Positions 50,065 to 59,604 of a stretch of DNA of 64,000 nucleotides are shown here, piece by piece. The translations under genes and the position numbers were made by a program. The stretch's first letter is position 1; the number at the start of each line of letters is the position of its first letter. The notes beneath the pieces are model-generated. The model had not been told where the DNA came from. It saw only the letters and a list, made by a program, of their open reading frames with translations, and made no database searches. The DNA is taken from contig JBLMZS010000042.1 in assembly GCA_050258935.1 (NCBI GenBank), positions 12,778-76,777 of the forward strand, in the 5' to 3' direction. This DNA is from Bacteroidota bacterium (GTDB lineage Bacteria; Bacteroidota; Ignavibacteria; Ignavibacteriales; SURF-24).

Positions 50065-50579
50065 TTTTTTGCTTTCAATTTTTTAGCCACAATCTCTTCT
50101 GGCGACAGTCCCATATTGTCGAGTTCTGCCCTTGCAGATGAGGCCATCTCATGGTTCGGATATTTTTCCAGAAACAGCTTGAATGTCTGTGTGGCTGCGT
50201 TGTAATCCCCCAGTTCATTGGACTCTATGAATCCGGTCATAAACATCGCCTCAGGAGCTTCCCTGCTGCCTGGATATTTGTCAATTATTTTTCTGTACAA
50301 TGCCAGCGACTTTTTCATCGATCCGGTCATATCCATTTCTTTTATAGCATTTGACTGGTAGAGTTTTCCGGCCTCAAACAGGGCTTTGGGTGAAAGTTCA
50401 CTTTCCGGAAACTCATCTGCAAGCTTTTCATAATTATCGGCTGCCTGCTTGTACTTCTCGTTTTTCTGTGCCTGAACTGCCTGTGACCAGTATTCCTGAT
50501 CACTTTTTTTCGAGCATGAAGAGAAGAAAATCAGAAAGGCAGGCATCAGTAACAGATACAATATATATTTAATTTTCAT
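50061..50579 (-). CDS. TPR-repeat lipoprotein (YbgF/BamD-like)
   Basis: Lipoprotein signal MKIKYILYLLLMPAFLIFFSSC (lipobox FSSC). Repeats of the YbgF/BamD type include ...KLADEFPESELSPKALFEAGKLY..., ...IIDKYPGSREAPEAMFMTG... and ...FLEKYPNHEMASSA. An upstream ATG at 50600 is also possible. Confidence 0.6.
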   Translation of the reverse strand: MKIKYILYLLLMPAFLIFFSSCSKKSDQEYWSQAVQAQKNEKYKQAADNYEKLADEFPESELSPKALFEAGKLYQSNAIKEMDMTGSMKKSLALYRKIIDKYPGSREAPEAMFMTGFIESNELGDYNAATQTFKLFLEKYPNHEMASSARAELDNMGLSPEEIVAKKLKAKK

Positions 50580-50633
50580 TTTTATCCCGTAAAATACCAT
50601 GAATAGATAAAATATAAAAATATTATCCAGTTT

Positions 50634-51554
50634 TTAAATACTAATGTGAGAAAACTTTTCCCTGTAGAATTCTGGCGTAAAGTCCGGCAATACCACATCA
50701 GCGCCGGCTTTGACTGCCTTTTCTTTTGAGGTGGGGTCCAGTATTGAAATGCTTCTTGTAACCGAGATCTGCCTGTCTTTGAGCAGCAGCCTGGCTATGG
50801 CTATACTTTTAAGTGTAAGCACCACAGACCCGCTCTTTTCCTTTTCGAGGGGGGAACCTGGAAGCGGAATAAATGTACTGAACGACACCAGATCGGCGTC
50901 CAGTGTTCTGTTCAGAATTATGTCGTCAGCAATTTCACCAATCGTCTGTTCAGGCAGTCCAATAAGGCTGCCGATCCCAATCTGAAACCCAAGCGATTTC
51001 AGATACTGAATGTGCCTGATCCTGTCTTTCAGCCGTTTATGGTTGTGGTATTTATAGTACAGATGCTGATTTGAAGTTTCATACCTTAGAATATACCGGT
51101 CTGCTCCGGAATATTTCCAGATCTTGTAATCTTCAAAATCTCTCTGCCCAAGGCTAAGGCTGATAAACAGGTTTGTCAGCTGTTTAACCGAATAGATAAT
51201 GTATGATATCCGGTCGGCATTCAGCGTTTCATCCTCGCCGGACTTGAGCACGAGTGTTTTTATGCCCATGTGAGAAATCTTCTGAGCAGTGGAAATTATT
51301 TCGTCTGTATTTACTCTGAAACGCTCAAGCGCAGTATTACTGACCCTGCGGTTGCAGTACATGCAGTCCTGACGGCAGTAGTTTGATATATCGATTACTC
51401 CCCTTGCAACAACATCTTCCCCCCGGTATTTGCGCCTGGTTTTATCCGCAGCGTCAAAGAGCAGCTGCAGTTCCACCGGATTATCTGTCGATAACAGGTA
51501 AATAATATCATCTCTGGAAAGCTGATCCTGGCAAAGTATTTTATCAATTGGCAT
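50634..51554 (-). CDS. Radical SAM protein of the BioB/HydE/ThiH class (HydE-like)
   Basis: CRQDCMYC is the CX3CX2C motif. The overall layout (LSRDDIIYLL...LLFDAADKTRRKYRGEDVVARGVIDISNYC...LKSGED...LSLGQRDFEDYKIWKYSGADRYILRYETSN) closely parallels HydE-type maturases. The ORF is 306 aa, which seems short for that type from memory. Confidence 0.65.
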   Translation of the reverse strand: MPIDKILCQDQLSRDDIIYLLSTDNPVELQLLFDAADKTRRKYRGEDVVARGVIDISNYCRQDCMYCNRRVSNTALERFRVNTDEIISTAQKISHMGIKTLVLKSGEDETLNADRISYIIYSVKQLTNLFISLSLGQRDFEDYKIWKYSGADRYILRYETSNQHLYYKYHNHKRLKDRIRHIQYLKSLGFQIGIGSLIGLPEQTIGEIADDIILNRTLDADLVSFSTFIPLPGSPLEKEKSGSVVLTLKSIAIARLLLKDRQISVTRSISILDPTSKEKAVKAGADVVLPDFTPEFYREKFSHISI

Positions 51555-51734
51555 AACTATTCATCGGTTCGCTGTTTAATCTGAAAAGAATAACAATAAA
51601 TATACCATATAGATTTTTTCATTAAATAAATAGATTTGGTGCCCGGGGCGGGTATTATTCTTAAAACAGAGAATTTATTTTCTTTTCGCTGTAAGTCAAT
51701 GCATGCATCGGCAGCGAATAAAATGCGAGTTATC

Positions 51735-51774
51735 AAAAAAAAAACCGGCACTAAGCTATTGGTGCCGGTTTTAA
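51735..51774. terminator. Rho-independent terminator downstream of clpC (bidirectional shape)
   Basis: aaaaaaaaaa-ACCGGCAC-taagctattg-GTGCCGGT-ttt. On the minus strand the hairpin is followed by T10. Confidence 0.8.
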
Positions 51775-51872
51775 TATTTATCAGTTCAGTTTAACGGTAA
51801 GTTCGCGATATGAATATTCCTGAATATTGCTCACAATGCAACCAGATCCGTCAGACAAGAACTCTCACGTCA

Positions 51873-54383
51873 TTATAATCCGGTTTCATCCTTCTTTTCT
51901 TCTTCTTTCTGCGATTCACCGGTTTCAGGAACAACATCTTCGACGAATGTCAGTTCATCCGCCGCCTCGATGTGTTTTACCAGTATTCTGCTGCCCTGTT
52001 TAAAGGCTCCCTTCAGAATTTCCTCAGCAAGCGGATCTTCAACGTATTTCTGGATCGCACGTCTGAGCGGGCGAGCTCCGAATTTCGGGTCAAATCCTTT
52101 ATCAGAAAGGAAATCCTTCGCAGACTGGTCAAGCACTATTTCCATCTTATTTTCCTGGATGTTTTTCATCAGGTCCTTGATTTCAATGGAGATGATCTGC
52201 ATAATGTCTTCTTTCTCAAGGCTCCTGAACACAATAGTTTCATCGATCCTGTTCAGAAACTCCGGATTGAACAGACGTTTCATAGCATCTTCAACCGTGT
52301 TCTTGAGCGTCTGATATCTGCTGGTCTCTGTAGCTCCGCCGAATCCTATACCGCCGGTTGCCTTTATATCCTTTGTACCGACGTTAGAGGTCATAATGAT
52401 TATTGTATTCTTGAAATCCACCCTTCTTCCGAGGCTGTCAGTAAGTATACCGTCATCCAGCACCTGAAGCAGAATATTGAATACATCAGGATGAGCCTTT
52501 TCGATTTCATCAAGCAGTACTACTGAGTATGGTTTCCGTCTGACCTTTTCAGTCAGCTGTCCGCCCTCTTCGTAACCAACATATCCCGGAGGCGCTCCGA
52601 CAAGTCTTGAGACCGAGAATTTCTCCATGTATTCGCTCATATCTATTCTGACGAGAGCATCCTCTGAGTCAAACAGATACCTCGCCAATACTTTTGCCAG
52701 TTCTGTCTTGCCTACGCCGGTCGGACCCAGGAAAATAAAGCTTCCGATCGGTTTATTCGGGTTCTTCAGTCCTGCGCGGGTTCTTCTTATAGCTCGCGTA
52801 AGTTTGGATACAGCTTCTTCCTGACCAACTATCTGAGATTTCAGCGCAGTCTCCATATTGAGCAGTTTTTCGCTTTCAGCCTGAACTACTCTGGTCACCG
52901 GAATGCCGGTCATCATTGATACAACAGTAGCAATATCATCTTCAGAAACGTCATAGACCAGGTCCTGAGTTTTGGCTTCCCATTCGCGTTTAGCAATTTC
53001 GAGATCGCTCTGCAGGTTGCGTTCCTTATCCCTGAGCCTTGCCGCCTCCTCATAATCCTGTTTCTTTACTACTTTTATTTTTTCCTGTTTAATCTTTTCA
53101 ATTTCCTCTTCGAGCATCAGAATTTCTTCTGACACCGAGTAGTTACCCATATGTACGCGGCTTCCGGCTTCATCCAGAACGTCAATAGCCTTATCCGGCA
53201 GATATCTTTCGGTAATATACCTGTCACTTAATCGTACCGACAGATCGATTGCCTTATCAGAATATCTTACATGATGGTGTTCTTCGTATTTGATCTTAAT
53301 ATTGTTCAGTATCTGTATGGTTTCATCCACAGTCGGCGGATCAACCATAACTTTCTGGAATCTTCTGTCGAGAGCTCCGTCGGTTTCGATATATTTCCTG
53401 TACTCATCTAGAGTAGTAGCGCCTATACACTGTATATCTCCTCTGGCCAGAGCCGGCTTGAACATGTTTGAAGCGTCCAGTGAACCCGAAGCACCGCCTG
53501 CACCCACGATGGTGTGCAGCTCGTCTATGAACAGAATGACGTCCGTAGCTTTCTCCAGTTCGTTCATCAGCGCTTTCATTCTCTCCTCAAACTGACCGCG
53601 GTACTTGGTACCCGCAACCAGTCCTGCTATATCGAGAGTTACGACGCGCTTATCCTGCAGTATTCTCGGTACTTTCCTCTGAACAATTCTGAGTGCCAGT
53701 CCCTCTGCAATCGCAGTTTTTCCAACGCCTGGTTCACCGATCAGCACCGGATTGTTCTTTTTGCGGCGGCTGAGTATCTGAGCCACTCTTTCTATTTCTC
53801 TCTCGCGGCCTATAACCGGGTCGAGTTTGTCGTCTGTAGCAAGCTTGGTAAGATCCCTGCCGAAATTGTCCAGCACCGGAGTCTTTGTACGCTCAACCTT
53901 CTTTTCAGATGCCGGAGGCGGAGCTGCAAAAGCATCACGGGGATTTTTGCTGTTCAGTATGCCATTCAGCTCGGCACGTGCATTTTCATACGTTACATTG
54001 AACTGATGCAGTATCTGAGTTGCAATATTGTCCTCATCCCTCAGGAGTGACAGGAGTATATGTTCTGTGCCAATAACATCCGACTTATAAATTTTTGATT
54101 CAATCTGAGTAATTTTCAGGACTTTTTCAGCCTGCTTGGTCAAGGGGATATTTCCGATTGTCAGAGTACCGCCTGAAGTTCTGACGGTATCTTCAATTGC
54201 CTTTTTTAATTTCACCAGGTCGCAATCGAGGTTTCTCAAGATTCTGACAGCCATTCCTTGCCCTTCTCTTATAATTCCGAGGAGCAAATGCTCGGTTCCG
54301 ATATAATCATGCCCCAGTCTGAGCGCTTCCTCCCTGCTGAGTCTGATCACATCCTGAACTCTTTCCGAAAAATTTCCTTCCAT
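51873..54383 (-). CDS. clpC: ATP-dependent Clp protease ATP-binding subunit ClpC
   Basis: 836 aa with a double Clp_N repeat, two AAA+ modules ([10 protein letters not shown] and [12 protein letters not shown]), and a UVR-like motif [12 protein letters not shown] between them. Confidence 0.9.
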   Translation of the reverse strand: MEGNFSERVQDVIRLSREEALRLGHDYIGTEHLLLGIIREGQGMAVRILRNLDCDLVKLKKAIEDTVRTSGGTLTIGNIPLTKQAEKVLKITQIESKIYKSDVIGTEHILLSLLRDEDNIATQILHQFNVTYENARAELNGILNSKNPRDAFAAPPPASEKKVERTKTPVLDNFGRDLTKLATDDKLDPVIGREREIERVAQILSRRKKNNPVLIGEPGVGKTAIAEGLALRIVQRKVPRILQDKRVVTLDIAGLVAGTKYRGQFEERMKALMNELEKATDVILFIDELHTIVGAGGASGSLDASNMFKPALARGDIQCIGATTLDEYRKYIETDGALDRRFQKVMVDPPTVDETIQILNNIKIKYEEHHHVRYSDKAIDLSVRLSDRYITERYLPDKAIDVLDEAGSRVHMGNYSVSEEILMLEEEIEKIKQEKIKVVKKQDYEEAARLRDKERNLQSDLEIAKREWEAKTQDLVYDVSEDDIATVVSMMTGIPVTRVVQAESEKLLNMETALKSQIVGQEEAVSKLTRAIRRTRAGLKNPNKPIGSFIFLGPTGVGKTELAKVLARYLFDSEDALVRIDMSEYMEKFSVSRLVGAPPGYVGYEEGGQLTEKVRRKPYSVVLLDEIEKAHPDVFNILLQVLDDGILTDSLGRRVDFKNTIIIMTSNVGTKDIKATGGIGFGGATETSRYQTLKNTVEDAMKRLFNPEFLNRIDETIVFRSLEKEDIMQIISIEIKDLMKNIQENKMEIVLDQSAKDFLSDKGFDPKFGARPLRRAIQKYVEDPLAEEILKGAFKQGSRILVKHIEAADELTFVEDVVPETGESQKEEEKKDETGL

Positions 54384-54864
54384 AATTTCACCTCAATCCT
54401 CTAAATTAGATTGCATATACTAATTATTCGTTCCAAAAGCTAAATTTCAAATCCCTCTTGCCCCATATCTAAAGCTTTTAGGCCCCAAATTACAGCTTCC
54501 AGATTTTACAACTGAATCACACAACAACAGATCATCTGAAACTTTAGTCGTTCGACTTCTGTTTTATTAGCTGATCAGCAGTAATAGATAATTAGCCGCT
54601 AACTAAATCATTGTGTTTTATCACTTATTATATAATACACGAATACTATGATAACAAAATTCCGGTAAAATAGTTTCAATACGCGCCAACTTTTTCGCAA
54701 ATATTTTAATTTTACTTATATTGTATCATTGTTTTATCCGGTACATATCGGATATATTTCTTCTTTTACCTTATTTCTTATTTTGACTTTGCATTCTTCT
54801 TTAATTAATATATTATCTTAATAAAACTCAAGTATTTTATTATTAACTAATCGGAGTCGTATCA

Positions 54865-55854
54865 ATGGAACCTGTTGCAGGCCTTGCAGTCATTGTGCTT
54901 TTTGCAGTAATTTTATTCCTGATATTATTCACCTGGTTTATACCAGTGGGACTCTTCATAACGGCTTTTTTCTCAGGAGTCAGACTCAGACTGTTCCGTG
55001 ACCTGGTAGGTATGCGTCTGCGTAAGGTGCCGCCTACTGTGATTGTACGCAGTGCGATTACTGCGACCAAAGCAGGTCTTGCTCTGGATATCGGAAAAAT
55101 TGAAGCGCACTATCTGGCAGGCGGAAACGTTATAAACCTTATTAATGCTCTGATTTCCGCAAATAAAGCCGGACTGGATCTGACATTTGAACGCGCGGCC
55201 GCAATTGATCTGGCTGGAAGAGATGTACTGGAAGCAGTGAAAATGTCTGTAATACCCAAAGTAATCGAAACTCCCCTTGTGGCAGCAGTCGCAAAGGACG
55301 GCATCCAGCTTAAAGCCATCGCTAGGATTACTGTAAGAGCAAATATAGACCGCTTGGTCGGAGGTGCCGGAGAGGTTACAATTCTTGCCCGCGTTGGTGA
55401 AGGTATTGTTTCTACCATCGGTTCTTCAGAAACACACAAAGATGTGCTCGAAAATCCGGACCGGATCTCAAAGCTCGTGCTTTCAAAGGGCCTCGATGCC
55501 GGTACTGCATTTGAAATCCTGTCGATCGATATAGCCGATGTGGATGTAGGTGAGAATATAGGTGCAAAACTTCAGACCGATCAGGCTGAGGCAGATCTTA
55601 AGATAGCACGAGCAAAGGCTGAGGAGAGACGCGCTGCTGCAGTTGCACAGGAACAGGAAATGATAGCCGAGGTATCCAAAATGCGTGCAAGAGTAGTCGA
55701 GGCAGAATCTGAAATACCAAAGGCAATTGCAGAGGCATTCAAATCAGGGAACCTTGGTGTAATGGATTATTACAACCTGAAAAATATTCAGGCCGATACT
55801 CAGATGCGTACTTCAATTGCCGAACCGCCATCTGAAAAGAAAAAAGAGATATAA
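54865..55854 (+). CDS. floA: Flotillin-like protein FloA (SPFH domain, UPF0365/YqfA family)
   Basis: Collinear with my recollection of Bacillus FloA: [96 protein letters not shown] and [14 protein letters not shown]. Confidence 0.93.
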   Translation: MEPVAGLAVIVLFAVILFLILFTWFIPVGLFITAFFSGVRLRLFRDLVGMRLRKVPPTVIVRSAITATKAGLALDIGKIEAHYLAGGNVINLINALISANKAGLDLTFERAAAIDLAGRDVLEAVKMSVIPKVIETPLVAAVAKDGIQLKAIARITVRANIDRLVGGAGEVTILARVGEGIVSTIGSSETHKDVLENPDRISKLVLSKGLDAGTAFEILSIDIADVDVGENIGAKLQTDQAEADLKIARAKAEERRAAAVAQEQEMIAEVSKMRARVVEAESEIPKAIAEAFKSGNLGVMDYYNLKNIQADTQMRTSIAEPPSEKKKEI

Positions 55855-55872
55855 CCAGAAAGGATCCTTTTT

Positions 55873-56460
55873 ATGGATAATCTTTTTCAGATACTTGCTG
55901 TTATTTTTATAGTCTACAGCATTCTTTCGCCTCTGTTTAATGCCGGTAAGGATAAAAAGAACAGACCACAATCCGGTAATGGGAAACCAGGTCCGCTCTC
56001 CAGCGGACCCATAATTACCGGTGATAAAAGGAGCGGCACTTCAGCAGGTTCTGCAGATGCTAATGGTGTCCTCAGAAGCGAACGCACGAAATACCAGGGT
56101 GAAATTTCTCGCAGTCAATACCCGCGCGGCGGCAGACCAGGAGAAATATATGTTCCTTCCGGAACATATGACGATAAACAGAGTTATGATGCAGGAAAGC
56201 AGTACACCGAAGGTCGCATTGACTACGATGAAATTGCATCATACGATCAGTCATCAGCAGCAAAACCCGGCCGCAGAACTGCAAGTTCTTCAAAGGTAAA
56301 ACAGACTGAAGTAAAGACTCAGCCGCCGCCGCAGGAGCTGAATTTACATATGATCGATGTCCGCAGGATGCTGCAGAACCCGGCAACTCTGCAGGAAATT
56401 ATTTTATTATCAGAAATTGTCAGTAAGCCCAGAGCTTACCATAGAAAAACCGGTTTATGA
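55873..56460 (+). CDS. Hypothetical membrane-anchored, low-complexity protein
   Basis: 195 aa. One N-terminal TM (ILAVIFIVYSILSPLF), a long Gly/Ser/Pro/Lys/Gln-rich region, and a short ordered tail (LQNPATLQEIILLSEIVSKPRAY). Its stop overlaps the helicase start (ATGA). I recognise no family. Confidence 0.5.
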   Translation: MDNLFQILAVIFIVYSILSPLFNAGKDKKNRPQSGNGKPGPLSSGPIITGDKRSGTSAGSADANGVLRSERTKYQGEISRSQYPRGGRPGEIYVPSGTYDDKQSYDAGKQYTEGRIDYDEIASYDQSSAAKPGRRTASSSKVKQTEVKTQPPPQELNLHMIDVRRMLQNPATLQEIILLSEIVSKPRAYHRKTGL

Positions 56461-58454
56461 TCAAGAAATATCAGTTAAAGAAAATTACTCAGCAGCAGCT
56501 TCAGACGACTAATGAAGCTATAGAAAAAAGATTTACAATTGCTTATCAGAATGAACTGAATCCGGCACAGTTTGACGCGGTTTCTTCTACTGACGGCGTT
56601 TATCTCGTTATCGCAGGTGCCGGAACCGGCAAGACGCGTACTCTTGTCTACCGTGTTGCCCGCCTTATTGAACTCGGATACGATCCGAAATCGATACTGC
56701 TGCTTACGTTCACCCGAAAAGCAGCAAATGAAATGATGAACCGCGCGGCAATGCTGCTGGATAACCGCTGCTCAAAGATCAACGGCGGCACATTCCATTC
56801 GTTTGCCAACCTCACACTCAGAAAATACGGGAAACACGCCGGCCTGGACTCTGGTTTTACTATACTAGATCAGGGTGACAGCGAGGATGTAATTAACCTC
56901 ATCCGCTCACAGCTGAATCTGGCAGCAGTAAAAAAAAGATTTCCGTCCAAGCAGACAATATTCAAAATTCTCAGCTTCAGTGTAAATACCGGCATAAGCG
57001 TAGAGGAGATAATAGAAGCTGAATACCCGCATTTCGCCGAGTTTACAGATACAGTTCTGAAGATCAGCCAGGTTTATGCCGCATATAAACAAAAGAATAA
57101 CCTTCTGGATTACGATGACCTGCTGGTTTATCTCAAGAACTTTCTATGCAGCAATAATGCTGGTGCCAGGGCATTTTTGTCGACTCTTAAATATATAATG
57201 GTTGATGAATATCAGGATACAAACAAACTCCAGTCTGATATAGTAAAAGCTCTCGCACTGTATAACAATAACGTCATGGTGGTCGGAGACGACTCTCAGT
57301 CCATATATTCGTTCAGGGGTGCAAATTTCAGAAATATAATGGAATTTCCCGAAATTTTTCCCGGTACCAGAATAATAAAGCTGGAGGAAAACTACAGGAG
57401 TACTCAGGAAGTGCTGAACTTCGCGAACTATATAATCGAATCGGCTCTTGAGAAGTACCCAAAGTTCCTCTATACTCATAAATCCGGCGGGGAGCTTCCG
57501 GCAATTATCTCTGCGGCAAACGAGAACATGCAGTCCAGATTCATTGTTGACCGAATACTCGAACTGCGCGAGGAAGGTGTCCCGCTGAAGGAAATTGCTG
57601 TACTCTTCAGAAGTTCATATTCATCATTCGATCTGGAAATAGAACTCAATAAAGCGAATATCCCGTTTATTAAGTTCGGCGGTATGAAGTTCATCGAAAC
57701 CGCACATGTAAAGGATGTACTGGCATTCCTGCGGATTGTGGCAAATCCAAAAGATATCGTGAGCTGGTACAGAATACTGCTGCTGCACGAAGGCATCGGA
57801 CCCAAAACTGCGCAGAAAATTCTGGAGGAGATCACTGCTTCAAGAATCTCTATAACTGCAGACCCTGCATCATCTCTGCCTGCACGGTACAACGACAGAA
57901 TACTGAACCTGTTTACACTTCTGCACAAACTGCACTCAAAAGAATCTCTTCCTTCAGAAAAAGCCGAAGAGATAGTCCAGTATTATTACCCGCTGTTCAA
58001 GGATAAATATGATGACTTCAATAAGCGGAAGAAGGATCTGGATATACTGCTGAATATTACGCAAAACTACAAATCGCTGGACTCACTTTTGTCTGATATG
58101 GCTCTCGATCCGCCCCGCGACAGTATTACTGATATTGAAGCAGAGGAAAAAGAAAATGAATTTGTCACTCTTTCCACTATTCACTCAGCCAAAGGCCTTG
58201 AGTGGCACTCTGTATTCATAATACACGCGATGGAAGGCTTCTTCCCGAGTTCTCAGTCCTTCGATAAACCCGAGGCCATTGAGGAAGAAAGACGTCTGAT
58301 GTATGTAGCGGTCACACGGTCTAAACAGAACCTTTATATTTCATATCCTATGAATATTTTTGACAGGGAAAAAGGTTTTACAATATCCAAACCGTCCAGA
58401 TTCATCTATAACGTAAATGAAGAACTGGCCGAAGAATGGCTTCTTGAAGAATGA
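56457..58454 (+). CDS. UvrD/PcrA/Rep-family ATP-dependent DNA helicase
   Basis: Helicase motifs AGAGTGKTRTL (I), FTRKAANEM (Ia), VDEYQDT (II), GDDSQSIYSFRGA (III), LEENYRS (IV), TIHSAKGLEW (V) and YVAVTRSK (VI). Confidence 0.85.
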   Translation: MIKKYQLKKITQQQLQTTNEAIEKRFTIAYQNELNPAQFDAVSSTDGVYLVIAGAGTGKTRTLVYRVARLIELGYDPKSILLLTFTRKAANEMMNRAAMLLDNRCSKINGGTFHSFANLTLRKYGKHAGLDSGFTILDQGDSEDVINLIRSQLNLAAVKKRFPSKQTIFKILSFSVNTGISVEEIIEAEYPHFAEFTDTVLKISQVYAAYKQKNNLLDYDDLLVYLKNFLCSNNAGARAFLSTLKYIMVDEYQDTNKLQSDIVKALALYNNNVMVVGDDSQSIYSFRGANFRNIMEFPEIFPGTRIIKLEENYRSTQEVLNFANYIIESALEKYPKFLYTHKSGGELPAIISAANENMQSRFIVDRILELREEGVPLKEIAVLFRSSYSSFDLEIELNKANIPFIKFGGMKFIETAHVKDVLAFLRIVANPKDIVSWYRILLLHEGIGPKTAQKILEEITASRISITADPASSLPARYNDRILNLFTLLHKLHSKESLPSEKAEEIVQYYYPLFKDKYDDFNKRKKDLDILLNITQNYKSLDSLLSDMALDPPRDSITDIEAEEKENEFVTLSTIHSAKGLEWHSVFIIHAMEGFFPSSQSFDKPEAIEEERRLMYVAVTRSKQNLYISYPMNIFDREKGFTISKPSRFIYNVNEELAEEWLLEE

Positions 58455-58484
58455 TCATTTCTGACTGACACTGGAGTACACTGA

Positions 58485-59564
58485 TTGATTACAGCAATAC
58501 TGATTACTGCATACATTCTCTTTAACATATTTCTGTTTCTGCCATTATACAGACAGAAAGAAGCTCTGCTGCCTGGTGCGCTCACTGAACAGGATGGTAT
58601 TTCTGTTGTTGTAGCTGCCAGAAATGAAGAATCCTGCATTGCAGAGGTTATCACAGCCCTGTACTGCCAGTCGTACAGTTGTGACAGATATGAAGTTATA
58701 ATTGTGGATGATAATTCTTCTGACTCAACTTATGATACTGCGCTCAGCTGCGGTTTGGGAAAGCAGAACTTCTCTGTCGTAAAAGCCAATGACAAACCTT
58801 TCGCGGCAAAAAAAGGAGCTCTTGCTGTGGGGATTGCCAGAGCACGATTTGACTATATTGCTATTACCGATGCTGACTGCAAGCCTGAGAAGAACTGGCT
58901 CCAGACTCTCTCACTGGGAATATCAAGCGGAAACGACATGGTGTTCGGCCCTGCACCATTTGCCGCAGGCAACGGACTAGTAAACGCTATTGCACGGTTT
59001 GAAAACTTAAGATCTTCAATGCTTACTTTTTCTGCCGCCCTTATGGGCTTGCCTTATTCCGCGGCTGCCCGCAGTTTTGCATTCAGAAAATCAGCATATC
59101 TGGGCATCGGCGGATATTCCAACACCACAGAAACATTAAGCGGCGATGATGACCTGCTGATTCGCGAAGCAGTAAAACACAAACTTAAAATAGCACCGGT
59201 AACCGCAGACGGAGCTTTTGTATGGTCGGCGGCAAAAAGTACACTTAGTGAATATCTGAGGCAAAAATCGAGGCATACATCGACATCCAGTCATTACCTG
59301 CCCGCGCATCAGATTTTCCTGGCTGCATGGCACGGACTAAACCTTTTCTGTCTGTTCTCCCCCCTGCTCTGGTTTGTCAGCAGCCTTTTTCTTCTGCCGT
59401 TTTTTGTAAAACTATTACTTGATATTATCACCGTATCGCTGTCAGAGCGTAAGTTCGGATACGGGTTTTCAATTCTTCAGATAATCTGTCTGCAGCCGAT
59501 ATATGAATTGCTGCTTATAGTAAATTTTCTGTCTTCGTTGTTTCCGAGAAAAAACTGGAACTGA
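58485..59564 (+). CDS. Glycosyltransferase family 2, membrane-anchored
   Basis: TTG start as given in the ORF track. ISVVVAARNEE, IIVDDNSSDST, ITDADC (DxD) and SGDDDLLIRE, followed by C-terminal TM helices. Confidence 0.75.
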   Translation: MITAILITAYILFNIFLFLPLYRQKEALLPGALTEQDGISVVVAARNEESCIAEVITALYCQSYSCDRYEVIIVDDNSSDSTYDTALSCGLGKQNFSVVKANDKPFAAKKGALAVGIARARFDYIAITDADCKPEKNWLQTLSLGISSGNDMVFGPAPFAAGNGLVNAIARFENLRSSMLTFSAALMGLPYSAAARSFAFRKSAYLGIGGYSNTTETLSGDDDLLIREAVKHKLKIAPVTADGAFVWSAAKSTLSEYLRQKSRHTSTSSHYLPAHQIFLAAWHGLNLFCLFSPLLWFVSSLFLLPFFVKLLLDIITVSLSERKFGYGFSILQIICLQPIYELLLIVNFLSSLFPRKNWN

Positions 59565-59604
59565 AAAAAGGGGGCTGTTGAATATCAACAACCCCCTCTG
59601 TTCT
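59565..59604. terminator. Bidirectional rho-independent terminator between convergent genes
   Basis: aaaaaa-GGGGGCTGTTG-aatat-CAACAACCCCC-tctgttcttt: an 11-bp stem with one mismatch. The minus-strand reading is followed by tttttt. Confidence 0.75.

Noticed and set aside
51557-51751. A 64-aa ORF between the radical SAM gene and clpC.
   Set aside because: It begins inside the clpC terminator hairpin, has no RBS, and has an implausible composition. The region is better explained as a terminator plus a promoter.
54384-54864. CtsR operator or CIRCE element upstream of clpC.
   Set aside because: Neither the GGTCAAA direct repeat nor the TTAGCACTC-n9-GAGTGCTAA inverted repeat is present in the gap.
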